DNA of 59,048 nt from a virus (lineage: Duplodnaviria; Caudoviricetes), in IMG/VR virus record IMGVR_UViG_3300025030_000116, positions 1-59,048 of that record; one strand, written 5' to 3'. This document shows, piece by piece, positions 47,573 through 56,387 of this stretch (position 1 is the stretch's first letter; each line of letters begins with the position of its first letter). A program made the translations under genes and the position numbers. The notes under the pieces are model-generated. The model ran no database searches, was not told the origin of the DNA, and saw only the letters and a list, made by a program, of their open reading frames with translations.

Positions 47573-47950
47573 ATGGTGAAGGAAGCAGATTTCAGGAAAG
47601 AGCTTGTAAAAATCATGCCTGGGTATGAGTGGACAATCCACACGACTCCCCGCTGTTCGGTGGGCAGATACCTCAGCGCCACCGGCATTCAGTCGAGCGG
47701 GTTCAACCGACTGTCTACCCTGCATGTGCTGAGGCGGAAATTCGGCAAAGAAGACATGATCGAGTACGAGGTAAAAAGCTCCGGTTATGGCAAAAGGACA
47801 CCGTGGCTGTCCACGGCCACGCGGATCACACTTGCGCAGGCGTTACGTGCTCTGCAAGATCACTACGAGCATATGGCCGCGACCTACGGGGGCCACGCTC
47901 GCGATTTGCGAGATGCACGTAAGGCAGCAGCAGAGGCGGTGCGGCCATGA
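47573..47950 (+). CDS. Cassette gene X3, ends EAVRP
   Basis: GAGGAGG RBS; ends in the linker. Confidence 0.7.
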   Translation: MVKEADFRKELVKIMPGYEWTIHTTPRCSVGRYLSATGIQSSGFNRLSTLHVLRRKFGKEDMIEYEVKSSGYGKRTPWLSTATRITLAQALRALQDHYEHMAATYGGHARDLRDARKAAAEAVRP

Positions 47951-48171
47951 GCAACGAGGTTTTCCGATTTGGGGCTGAAAGGGTCAGGACTACCGCAGGA
48001 ATAAAGAGGGGTCTGTCATACCAGGATGAACGGGATAGGGTGGCAAAGGCCCACGATTGCTTCGACGGGATCGTGATATTGGACTGGCAGGACAGCGGGA
48101 AGCAGTCACAGTGCAGCATACGCCAGTTTTTAAAGCGGTTCAGTTACCACGGGAACGGCCATTCGGTTTAA
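47947..48171 (+). CDS. Cassette gene Y3
   Basis: Starts in the linker; stop codon lies inside GTTTAAC. Confidence 0.6.
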   Translation: MSNEVFRFGAERVRTTAGIKRGLSYQDERDRVAKAHDCFDGIVILDWQDSGKQSQCSIRQFLKRFSYHGNGHSV

Positions 48172-48306
48172 CTACTTATTATCCCAGTAACCGGCGGGAT
48201 ATCCGCCTAGGGCGATCAACTGGATTGCCGTGTGATTGCCGCCGGTTGACCGGGATAATGAAAATGCAAATGCCGCCAGGGCGGTCAACTAAGAAGGAGG
48301 TAGGGC

Positions 48307-48525
48307 ATGTTTTGGGGAGGCGCAGCGTTTGGGGCGTTTGTGGTGCTGGCATTGATCGCGGCGGGATTGGGTGTCATTTCCTGGCAGGTTGCCAAGGAGA
48401 GGAGGAAGGAAGAGAAAGAACCGCTGAACCACAAGAAGTATTGGGAGGAGAGCCTTGAGGTTCAGAGCCGGAATGCCGAGACGTTCGAGCAGATCCTGAC
48501 TGTGCTCGACAACTGGAAACGGTGA
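48307..48525 (+). CDS. Small membrane protein
   Basis: AAGGAGGT RBS; N-terminal TM segment. Confidence 0.65.
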   Translation: MFWGGAAFGAFVVLALIAAGLGVISWQVAKERRKEEKEPLNHKKYWEESLEVQSRNAETFEQILTVLDNWKR

Positions 48526-48548
48526 CGCTATGAAATAGCTCCAGACGC

Positions 48549-48591
48549 AAGAAAGCCCCCGAGTCATGTTGACCTCGGGGGCTTTTCTTTT
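48549..48591. terminator. Bidirectional terminator between the convergent arms
   Basis: AAGAAAGCCCCCGAG...CTCGGGGGCTTTTCTTTT. Confidence 0.85.
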
Positions 48592-48597
48592 GCCTGC

Positions 48598-48936
48598 TTA
48601 GAAATCAGGTAAAGGGAAAGCCAGAATTCCACGGATCGCCGTAACCTGGCCCGCTGTCCGCAGCGTCCTACCCGTGTAACTCCCATCGACTACGTTGTTG
48701 TGTATTCCGACATCCACCGGGGCGTTAACGGGCGCCTGAAGGCTCGTATAGGCAGCAAAGACCCCCCTGGTAGTTGTCACGGTCCAGTTACTAGAACCGT
48801 CGATCCAATCAGCCGCCTTCGCAGATCCAACGTAAACCCCTGCGTCTCGATACTCGGTTATGACCGGGGCGTCGTTCCCCCCTCCCTCTCCGCATCCGGC
48901 AACGAGTAGTAAAGCAGTGCAAATAATTTTCTTCAT
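48598..48936 (-). CDS. Lipoprotein with its own promoter (moron-like)
   Basis: MKKIICTALLLVAGC lipobox; GAGGAGG RBS; TTTACA-17-TAAGGT at 48989-48961. Confidence 0.75.
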   Translation of the reverse strand: MKKIICTALLLVAGCGEGGGNDAPVITEYRDAGVYVGSAKAADWIDGSSNWTVTTTRGVFAAYTSLQAPVNAPVDVGIHNNVVDGSYTGRTLRTAGQVTAIRGILAFPLPDF

Positions 48937-48993
48937 GATTCCTCCTCTAAATGGCCGCCAACCTTAAACCGATTGCCACGAATTGTAAATGAA

Positions 48994-49034
48994 GAAAGGC
49001 CCGGACAAGCATGTTAACTCGCCGGGCCTTCCTT
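48994..49034 (-). terminator. Hairpin terminator ending the leftward operon
   Basis: AAGGCCCGG...CCGGGCCTT with GTTAAC in the loop. Confidence 0.6.
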
Positions 49035-49044
49035 CATTCATTGA

Positions 49045-49374
49045 TTAGGTGCGGGGATTCTTGATGATCTCGTCTACCGTTATGCGGAGGTGGGTATATT
49101 CGGGATCATCCTCGTCTTTACCCTGCACGATGGTGCGGGTGCCTATGGAGATTGACTTGCCCCGGCTGTTCTCAATCTCCACGAATCGAGTGTGGCCCGG
49201 CCCCTCTTCGACCAGGATGATGTTAATGGCGATGCCCCTGGCGGGTTCCATCTTATCGAGCTGGGCCATTAGACTGAGGCACTGAGCGGCTAGTCGGTAT
49301 TCGTGCGAGTCCTGCTGCCTAAGCATACCCCGAGTGTTCTTGATTCTTTCCAGTTCTTCCCTAGTAAACGTCAT
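49045..49374 (-). CDS. Hypothetical protein
   Basis: ATGA coupling; RFVEIE...G.SI..G motif. Confidence 0.65.
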   Translation of the reverse strand: MTFTREELERIKNTRGMLRQQDSHEYRLAAQCLSLMAQLDKMEPARGIAINIILVEEGPGHTRFVEIENSRGKSISIGTRTIVQGKDEDDPEYTHLRITVDEIIKNPRT

Positions 49375-49733
49375 GCTGCCTCCCTTTCCGGCGGTATTGC
49401 TTCCGGCGTCATTCCTGCCTGGATGGTTCTCATGGTAAGATTCCAAGCGTCCGCCCAGTAGTTGCACATTTCGTCCGAAACCTTCTGCCCGCTCCCCTTC
49501 ACCAAGTCGAGGATGGCAGCAGAGACGGCGGCAAGTTTCCGGGCGTTGCGGGACTTCTCCGGTAACTGCTTTTCCATCTGCATGAGCACCATCATCCCCA
49601 GCGAGGCGCCAAGGGTGACAAGCTCCGCGTTGTCGAACTCCTCCTGCTTGGGCAGCTCATTGAATATCTTGACCTGAACTTCCCGGTACGTTACCCGCTT
49701 CCCCACCATCACCCGCTCGTAATACTTTTTCAT
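49371..49733 (-). CDS. Hypothetical protein
   Basis: Coupled ORF. Confidence 0.7.
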   Translation of the reverse strand: MKKYYERVMVGKRVTYREVQVKIFNELPKQEEFDNAELVTLGASLGMMVLMQMEKQLPEKSRNARKLAAVSAAILDLVKGSGQKVSDEMCNYWADAWNLTMRTIQAGMTPEAIPPEREAA

Positions 49734-49894
49734 GCCGCCTTTCTCCCTTCGGTCAGTGCCATGATGCCCGCCGTGATGATGTCCCTGATCGCTTCGCTTT
49801 CCTTCTGACCCCGGTACTCCGCCGTCATCTTGATCTGCTCCAGCGTCTCAGGGTCGAGCCTCAAGCCGATCCGTGATGTCTTCTTGACTTTCAT
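49730..49894 (-). CDS. Ribbon-helix-helix (CopG-like) protein, 54 aa
   Basis: SRIGLRLDPETLEQIK..A......SEAIRDII. Confidence 0.7.
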   Translation of the reverse strand: MKVKKTSRIGLRLDPETLEQIKMTAEYRGQKESEAIRDIITAGIMALTEGRKAA

Positions 49895-49895
49895 G

Positions 49896-50180
49896 CTAAC
49901 CTCCGAATTTCATCTTGCCGTCCGTCTTGCCGTCATCAATCCAGGTGAACCGCCTTACTATCACCCGTGTGGATTTTTGGTGAATGATCCCCTTCGCCTG
50001 CATGTCCCGGATGGTATCGAAGGCCGTCTTGATCTCAGACAGGCAGAGTTCGAGCTTTTCAGCGGGGACGTGCCCCAGGTCTTCAAACTTGGTGAGGATG
50101 TAGCGCGGCGGGCTCTCCTCTCTTGCTTTCTGCAACGTGAACTGTCTGAATCCCTCTATGAGTCTTCCGAAAAATGGCAT
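49896..50180 (-). CDS. Hypothetical protein
   Basis: AGGAGA-GTTAAC-ATG start. Confidence 0.6.
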   Translation of the reverse strand: MPFFGRLIEGFRQFTLQKAREESPPRYILTKFEDLGHVPAEKLELCLSEIKTAFDTIRDMQAKGIIHQKSTRVIVRRFTWIDDGKTDGKMKFGG

Positions 50181-50181
50181 G

Positions 50182-50955
50182 TTAACTCTCCTTCTTGAGT
50201 AACAGCTTCTTACCCTGGCAGCTCCGGCACTGGGACTCCCTGTGCGCTTCAAACTCTTGGTAGCCCGTAGTGTCGCAGTCGTAGTTGTCGCGGATGTCTC
50301 GGGCGAAGGCTTCCAACTCCTCTATGCGGTCCTCGGCGGTCGTCAGCTTCTCACACACCGTGAACACGTCCGCACTGTGCGCGTTGCACTCCAAGCGGTA
50401 GGTTTCCAACAGGCGGTTGTGGTTCTTCCGCCGTTCCTTGATGTCGGACACCAGCCCTTTGATCTTCGTCAGAACTTCACTCCAGGGTGCCGACTCCTCC
50501 ATGCCAAGCTCTTTCTTGATGAGGTTGAAGAAGTCGGCGGCCTGCTGCGTGTTGTCCTTCGCGCACTGCTTCCAGTAGGCCACCCCCCGATGCAACTCCT
50601 CCTTCTGCATGGCGAGGTTCTGGATGACCCTTTCCACTCCCCGGCGCTCCTTGTCCCGCGCCTCGACGTAGAGCTGCTTATTCGCCTCGTTAAGTCGAGC
50701 CTCAAGCTCATCCATCTTGGCTGCCGCATTGCGGGCGTTGACTGCCGCTGAGCGGTGAGCCTCGTCAATGGCTTCCTGCCGGCACTGTTTCAATGCCCGA
50801 ATCTGGCAGTCGCGGTAGCCGATGGTCGTTTTCAGCTCCTCTATCTCGTTTTCCAGTAACTCGTTGTCCCAAGGGTTCTTGCCGATGTAGAAGCCGATGC
50901 TCGGCCTGTGGTCGTTGAGCCATTTCACTGTCACTGCCTTAGCCAGTCTCTTCAT
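50182..50955 (-). CDS. Coiled-coil hypothetical protein
   Basis: Heptad-rich; GAGGC-GTTAAC-ATG start. Confidence 0.7.
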   Translation of the reverse strand: MKRLAKAVTVKWLNDHRPSIGFYIGKNPWDNELLENEIEELKTTIGYRDCQIRALKQCRQEAIDEAHRSAAVNARNAAAKMDELEARLNEANKQLYVEARDKERRGVERVIQNLAMQKEELHRGVAYWKQCAKDNTQQAADFFNLIKKELGMEESAPWSEVLTKIKGLVSDIKERRKNHNRLLETYRLECNAHSADVFTVCEKLTTAEDRIEELEAFARDIRDNYDCDTTGYQEFEAHRESQCRSCQGKKLLLKKES

Positions 50956-51161
50956 GTTAACGCCTCCTCCCCATCCTGCTCGGCGTCAAAGTGCATTTCC
51001 GATGTCGCCACGCACTCCTCAAAGATGATCCCCATTTCCGCGCACAGGTGCCGCAAGTCGGTGAGCAAGTCCGTGATGTCTGCGGTCAGGTCTTCCTGGT
51101 CGTATTCTCCCAGCGCCCTTGCTGCCCGCTCGGATCTTCCTTCGTTTGATAGATCGCTCAT
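50952..51161 (-). CDS. Hypothetical protein
   Basis: N..R.ERA..AL..Y, DLL.DL.H motif; GGAGC-GTTAAC-ATG start. Confidence 0.65.
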   Translation of the reverse strand: MSDLSNEGRSERAARALGEYDQEDLTADITDLLTDLRHLCAEMGIIFEECVATSEMHFDAEQDGEEALT

Positions 51162-51162
51162 G

Positions 51163-51534
51163 TTAACGCTCCCCTTTTTGGACTTCCTGGGCAATGAGGT
51201 ATCCGGTCCAGAGCAGCATAAGCAGGCTCCAAAACATCCACCCCGTGCGGGCCATCAATAACTGGTCCCGTAGGTTGACAAGCTGTAATGCGAAAATACC
51301 GTACAACGGACCCACCCACGTTGCTTTGACCTTATTCCACGCGATAACGACTCGCACCGGACCAGCTATCAAGTGCAGCAGTTTGAGTCTGGGAAATTCT
51401 GCCTGCGTGTGGACATGCGCGGAAAGCAGATAGGTAGCTTTGAAGCCGTGGTCATCCTTGATCCACCATGCCGGATCTTTCCAGTTTGCTACGTTGGCGG
51501 ATATTGCGTGATTCTTCGTCGTGAGCAACTTCAT
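51163..51534 (-). CDS. Membrane hypothetical protein
   Basis: AGGA-GTTAAC-ATG start; C-terminal hydrophobic segments. Confidence 0.6.
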   Translation of the reverse strand: MKLLTTKNHAISANVANWKDPAWWIKDDHGFKATYLLSAHVHTQAEFPRLKLLHLIAGPVRVVIAWNKVKATWVGPLYGIFALQLVNLRDQLLMARTGWMFWSLLMLLWTGYLIAQEVQKGER

Positions 51535-51561
51535 GTTAACTCCTCCTCTTAAGATAAAATT

Positions 51562-52197
51562 TCATAATGTTGCCCTTGACTCAAGCCATGCGTTAAGCTC
51601 CGATTGAAGCCAGCCCACGGCACCCCCTGTCAGCTTCCGGCGTTTCGGGAACTGTCCCGTTTTCTCCATCCTCCATACGGTCGTATATGAGATCCCCACT
51701 GCATCCTTGATATTCTTCGGGCGGACTATGCTGTCGTTGGCTGGAATTATCTTTTTAGATGGCGGGTCGTATGAGGTTGGTTGCTTGGCTGTGTCGGCTG
51801 CTACCTTTGCAAACTCAACCCTTACAGCATCCATGCAAGACGAAATAACCGACTCGATTATTGGAGCATAGGCATTTCTACTTATAGCCGTTGCAATTCT
51901 TACCAAAATAGCCTCGCCCCACTCGTTCATTGCCATGTTAACGCTAGAGCAAACAAGCCTACAATTTTCGGGATAGTACCCGATTGCATTGTCTATACGG
52001 TCTAAGCTTGGCATCCAAGGGCGTCTCACGCATGACGGGATACGTTCATCCGAGAACGGGATGCCTGTAACAGCACAAATTCCATTGCTTTTGAAGATTA
52101 GATCTTCAAAATCATCGACACTCAGTTGAAAAGATATGCTTCTCGCCTCGGCATTTTTTCTTGCTGTCACATACAGCTTCGTAAATAGTTTCCTCAT
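51562..52197 (-). CDS. HNH-like nuclease domain fused to an AlpA-family (excisionase-like) wHTH
   Basis: CAVTG.PF...SLDRID...GY...N.RLVC..VN; C-terminal VGIS..TVWR.EK.GQFP..RKL....VGW..SE...W. Confidence 0.75.
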   Translation of the reverse strand: MRKLFTKLYVTARKNAEARSISFQLSVDDFEDLIFKSNGICAVTGIPFSDERIPSCVRRPWMPSLDRIDNAIGYYPENCRLVCSSVNMAMNEWGEAILVRIATAISRNAYAPIIESVISSCMDAVRVEFAKVAADTAKQPTSYDPPSKKIIPANDSIVRPKNIKDAVGISYTTVWRMEKTGQFPKRRKLTGGAVGWLQSELNAWLESRATL

Positions 52198-52355
52198 TGC
52201 GACCAACTCCTCCTCTTGATTGTTTTTTTCAACTTAACTGGGTGGAAGGCCAGATAATTCGATCCGGCACACCTGGTACAGCAACGCTCACCTTCAACGG
52301 TTCCGTCTGCATCGTGTCCGCATTTCATTTTCATGGCTGCCTCCATTTAATCGCT

Positions 52356-53345
52356 TTAGGCTATCAGCAGGGACGGCATGTATCCGGCCTGGTCCCTGAC
52401 CCAAGGGGTGTACTGTGCGAAATCGCAGGACTTGTAAAACCGACCGTTGACCCACCGCGCAAAATGCTTCAGCCTCATGTCGCTGTTCTGATTGTAGATC
52501 ATGACGTAAGGCGAGATATTCATCTCCACCAGGCGCCGGACCCGATACATATCCTCCTCAAAAGTCGTATCGAATCCGACAAGGGTGAAGCAGAGATGCT
52601 TCCACGCCTTTACATGCTTCAAGAGTGACCCGATCCCCTCCATCACCTTTTGCTCGAACGGCATAAGATCCCATGCGTAATGCAGTGACCGCAGATGCTT
52701 GACTTCTGACAGTGCCTTGGCAATCTCAGGGGTGACAAACCGCACGTCGATCCCCTGGGTAATGTCCAGGGTCAGGTTCCGTTCTTTGCACTCGCGCAGC
52801 TTCTCCAGGCAATCAGGATCGGAAGTCAGATTGTTGTCTAAAAGGATCAAGACATTTGACCGCGGATTCAGCAGATCCCCGATGGAACCGACCGAATGAA
52901 GGGCGCCCTCCTTCTTCGGCACAGCACAGAAGGCGCAGGATCTGACGCATCCCCTCGTTGTGAAGCCGATACCCGCGTCTAGGAGCGTTTGGCATTTCTC
53001 CTGTTTTGATGTCGCCTTCATGATCCCCTTCAGCCTCGGAAGGATGTCTTTCATCTGGTAAAGGTCGAAATCCGGCTGGCAGCTCTCCACGTTAACAGGG
53101 AGGGTTTTCGTCAAGTCCCAGCCAGTTCCCCCGAACTCGACCTGCGGGAAGATACCTGCCAGTCTCTCGGCTTTCGCCCTGTTCTTGGAAAAGATGACGC
53201 TGCAAAACACCTTGTCTACGTCGCTGGGTTTGAAGTCGTTCAAGAGGACCGTTGCGCCCTGCTCCTTGTAGTAGGTGGAAAGCTTCATGATGGCGAGATT
53301 CGGTATCCGCCCATCAAAGTCGATCAGTCCTATTCGCATTTTCAT
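52356..53345 (-). CDS. Radical SAM protein
   Basis: TRGCVRSCAFC (CxxxCxxC); N-terminal IGLID.D...PNLA.MK.S; LLDNN. Confidence 0.88.
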   Translation of the reverse strand: MKMRIGLIDFDGRIPNLAIMKLSTYYKEQGATVLLNDFKPSDVDKVFCSVIFSKNRAKAERLAGIFPQVEFGGTGWDLTKTLPVNVESCQPDFDLYQMKDILPRLKGIMKATSKQEKCQTLLDAGIGFTTRGCVRSCAFCAVPKKEGALHSVGSIGDLLNPRSNVLILLDNNLTSDPDCLEKLRECKERNLTLDITQGIDVRFVTPEIAKALSEVKHLRSLHYAWDLMPFEQKVMEGIGSLLKHVKAWKHLCFTLVGFDTTFEEDMYRVRRLVEMNISPYVMIYNQNSDMRLKHFARWVNGRFYKSCDFAQYTPWVRDQAGYMPSLLIA

Positions 53346-53409
53346 TCCCTCCGGTTTGATGGTTCAAGTCACACCCCCAAGCGTTAACCTGGGGGCGATC
53401 CTTCAAGCA

Positions 53410-53967
53410 TCAAGCCTTTGCGGACGCAATGAGCGCGTTGAGTTCTGCCGGTATGATGGCGGGCAAGGTGTTGATGAGTTGCCCCATGCCTTCGGTAAAC
53501 TCGGCACTCTCCGGCCAAACCTCGTTTAGCTTCTTGACGGTGTTAACGGATGCCAGTAATGATGAAACCTTGTTTCTCAGCGCGTGCTTCTCTTTCTCGA
53601 TGGCCTGCTCTTTCAGTTGGGTAGCGTAAAAGGCGATGGTCTTAGCGTCATCATTCTCATAGTTGGCAGCGGTATGGCGGCTGTGGTTGTTGGAAACCCT
53701 GCGCTGGCTGGAAAAATTGACGTAAACATATCCGGTACTGGACGCCCCAAACTGAACCCGCAAGCCTGATGTATCCGGCAGGTATCCGGCAGGGAGCGCC
53801 TCCATTTTCTGTTTAAGCGGGCCAGAGTAAAGGCTGTCGTAAACCATGTCGCCAAGAGCTGTTTTCTCGGCAGCCACCTCTGCGTCCCTGGCGGCGAAGG
53901 CGGACGTGATAACGCGGTTCCTGATAAGAGTCCTTCTTTCTTCGGTCAGTCTGATTGGTGCGCTCAT
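53410..53967 (-). CDS. Nmad5-like (nucleotide modification-associated domain 5) protein
   Basis: RLT...R..I N-terminus and L.SV.TVKKL.EVWPE C-terminus. Confidence 0.65.
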   Translation of the reverse strand: MSAPIRLTEERRTLIRNRVITSAFAARDAEVAAEKTALGDMVYDSLYSGPLKQKMEALPAGYLPDTSGLRVQFGASSTGYVYVNFSSQRRVSNNHSRHTAANYENDDAKTIAFYATQLKEQAIEKEKHALRNKVSSLLASVNTVKKLNEVWPESAEFTEGMGQLINTLPAIIPAELNALIASAKA

Positions 53968-54461
53968 GCGGTGAATCTCCTTTTTGTGGTAGTGGGCGCC
54001 AGATCTCTCCAGCGCCCCGTTAAGGTTAGAACAGACAAAGTTGAGCCATTACAGCTTTCACCCTGGATACGGGTGCTTTCGATTGCGTTTTAGGCGGTGC
54101 GTCCAGGCGGTGCGCGGGGTAAATTCTGATTTTGTCGTCTTCAGGTGAATACGATGCCGAATGTGGTGTTAACATGGTCCATCCTCCTGTCTGTTACGGT
54201 AGGCGCCTTGGGTTCAGCCTTGGCGCTGTCTGGTTCCGTTCGTGCTCCTCGATAATGTTCTTGATGCTCTGCGGCGTGTAGTGCTCGATGATCTCCGTCA
54301 ACGTCATTCTGCTTCGCGCCATACAATCACCGCCCCGATTAGAATTGAGATACCTACCACCGCCCAACCTGTTAACATTGGTTTCCTCCTGTCCTGTCTG
54401 GTTGACTGCTCAAGCGAAGGGCCAAGCTTGTTAACTTGGCCCTTCTATCAGCGGTCAACGA

Positions 54462-54884
54462 TTAATCCTGTTTCTTGTCCTCGTAAAATTTGCCGTCCTC
54501 GTCCACGCGATACCAGACGCCAGGCTTAAGCTTGCCGTCACTGCCATCGCCGCACCCGGTTTCTGCGCACCGCATTTCCGCCCGTTCCTCAGCCTTGTTC
54601 CACCATGCCATCGCAATGCAGCCATACTTCCCTGCTTTGGCGCGACTATTGAGACCGGCGCATACTGCGGGTGAGCAGTCGCCCGAGGTGGCCGCGCTGC
54701 TGGAGTAGCCCGAGGTGGCCGCGCTGCTGCAGTCGCCCGAGGTGGCCGCGCTGCTGGAGTAGCCCGAGGTGGCCGCGCTGCTGGAGTAGCCCGAGGTGGC
54801 CGCGCTGCTGGAGTAGCCCGAGGTGGGTCTGGTCTTATCCGTTTCTTGTGGCGCTTCCGTTACCGTTGTCGCTTGCGTCGTCAT
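54462..54884 (-). CDS. Repeat-containing hypothetical protein (SGYSSSAAT repeats)
   Basis: 9-aa repeats then AKAG..G.I...W and DG.LKPGVWYR; AAGGAGG RBS. Confidence 0.7.
   Translation of the reverse strand: MTTQATTVTEAPQETDKTRPTSGYSSSAATSGYSSSAATSGYSSSAATSGDCSSAATSGYSSSAATSGDCSPAVCAGLNSRAKAGKYGCIAMAWWNKAEERAEMRCAETGCGDGSDGKLKPGVWYRVDEDGKFYEDKKQD
54681..54826. repeat. 27-bp coding tandem repeat, 5 full copies plus a partial copy
   Basis: GCCCGAGGTGGCCGCGCTGCTGGAGTA units, head to tail. Confidence 0.95.
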
Positions 54885-54996
54885 TGCACTTCCTCCTTGT
54901 TGTTGGTCCTGCGAGTTAACAGCATAATTTCAATCAAGACGTAGATCACGCCAATGATGAAAAGCCGTGCCTGTATCCAGTTGGTTGCAGCGTCCA

Positions 54997-55284
54997 CTAT
55001 TCCCCCTTGGCTTTGGCGATCTTTGCTTGTGCGGTGAGAACGGCATCGAGAGTAAGCCCCGTTACCCCTCCGTGGCACTGGAGACATTCAATCAGGGTTT
55101 CCAGCGCGGACAGCAGTTCCGGTGCGGCGACGATCAGGGCGGCGTTAGCTTTTCCCTCATCAAGACGAAAGTGTGACAAGTCACGCACTACGGCTACGGC
55201 CCGGCCCGAACCAAATACTGTGCATTCTTGGTTTCCGTGTCCCATTGCTTCCCACGGTCCCGGTGTGTGTTTGGTGTTGCTCAT
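54997..55284 (-). CDS. Conserved phage hypothetical protein
   Basis: KHTPGPW...ANA.LI.AAPELL.AL. Confidence 0.8.
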   Translation of the reverse strand: MSNTKHTPGPWEAMGHGNQECTVFGSGRAVAVVRDLSHFRLDEGKANAALIVAAPELLSALETLIECLQCHGGVTGLTLDAVLTAQAKIAKAKGE

Positions 55285-55475
55285 GGTGTCCCCCTGGCTA
55301 GATGGCGAAAATGACCTTATGGCCCTTGTTCCTGATGCTCTGCAATTCCTTCGCGGTGACGGTGTAGCGCCTGTCTTTGACGATGATCCGATACATGGTT
55401 AATCCTCCTGTCTGTTGGTTGATTGAAGCGTGAAGCGATACCGCCAAGCTGTTAACTTGGCGGCTCTATCAGGGT

Positions 55476-56306
55476 TCAATATGGGTCTGTCGGGTTGTCG
55501 ATAGTGGTCAATCTGGCTGCCTGCTCCTCAACCCACCGGGCGCTCCCCTCTGGTGTGCTGAAGACTGCCAGACCGCTTGCAGCATAGGCGGCGGGGATGT
55601 AAAGCCCGTATTCCTTTTGCTCCTCCTGGCTCATGTTGTCGGGTGCTCCGTATCTCCCGCCCCGGTTGTTGTAGTTTCGTTCCAGGACGGCGAAGGTTAA
55701 GCGGCGTAACCATGCCGGATGTGCCAGGGCAAAAGAAATTGAGTCAATCGACAGCGGCGACATCCCAAAGCTAACAAGCATTTCCTGGCGTTTATATTCC
55801 CCAGCGTCCGCGCTCCATACCCCCACGGTTAACTCAACGATGTTTGTAGGGTCGCGTTGTAGCGTGTCGATCAAGGCAACAATGGCGGCGCCTCGGTTGT
55901 AAATCTGTTGGACCGGAATTGAGCCCGAATAGTCCGCGGCGACAGCGATTCTAACCACTCGCTTTGCAGTAACCTCTGTGGGGCGCATCCAGCATTCCGG
56001 TAAGCCTTCGACCACGGAGCCCACGTCGAAAAAATCACCCTCAACGTCCCATTGATACTCAAGATGTTTCTCTGTCTGCGCCTTCTCGATTTCCCTTAGC
56101 CGGTCGGAAACGCTTGACGCTGCCGCCGTCCATCCGTGGGTGATAAGTCGAACCATCTCGCCCCAGCTTTTGCAGCCGGTGTCGTTCTCCGTTTCATGCT
56201 GAGAGTTGCAATACCTCAAGTCCGCCGTGTCACCTATCCATTCCATTACGTCTGTGATGCTGTCAAACTCCTGTCTGATAAAACCAAGTGCTTTTGTCTC
56301 TTTCAT
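55476..56306 (-). CDS. vWA-like partner of the AAA ATPase (putative)
   Basis: DV.G...DVG....G.PECW, RG.AI.ALID.L, HP...RRL.F; adjacent to the ATPase gene. Confidence 0.6.
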   Translation of the reverse strand: MKETKALGFIRQEFDSITDVMEWIGDTADLRYCNSQHETENDTGCKSWGEMVRLITHGWTAAASSVSDRLREIEKAQTEKHLEYQWDVEGDFFDVGSVVEGLPECWMRPTEVTAKRVVRIAVAADYSGSIPVQQIYNRGAAIVALIDTLQRDPTNIVELTVGVWSADAGEYKRQEMLVSFGMSPLSIDSISFALAHPAWLRRLTFAVLERNYNNRGGRYGAPDNMSQEEQKEYGLYIPAAYAASGLAVFSTPEGSARWVEEQAARLTTIDNPTDPY

Positions 56307-56387
56307 AGTCTCCCCCGGTAAGATTGAAAGTTGAAACGACCGGCACAAAGTATAATGTTAACTTTGTGCCGCCTATCATCGTTCTAT

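Larger units (their letters stand above)
46351..47952 (+). repeat. Three identical 20-bp linkers GAGGCGGTGCGGCCATGAGC
   Basis: 46351-46370, 47254-47273, 47933-47952. Confidence 0.95.

Noticed and set aside
54681-54826. Possible CRISPR array
   Set aside because: Head-to-tail repeats with no unique spacers, in frame within an ORF; no cas genes
54401-55480. Hammerhead ribozymes (CTGATAG resembles CUGAUGA)
   Set aside because: No GAAA after the stem and no third helix with a cleavage triplet
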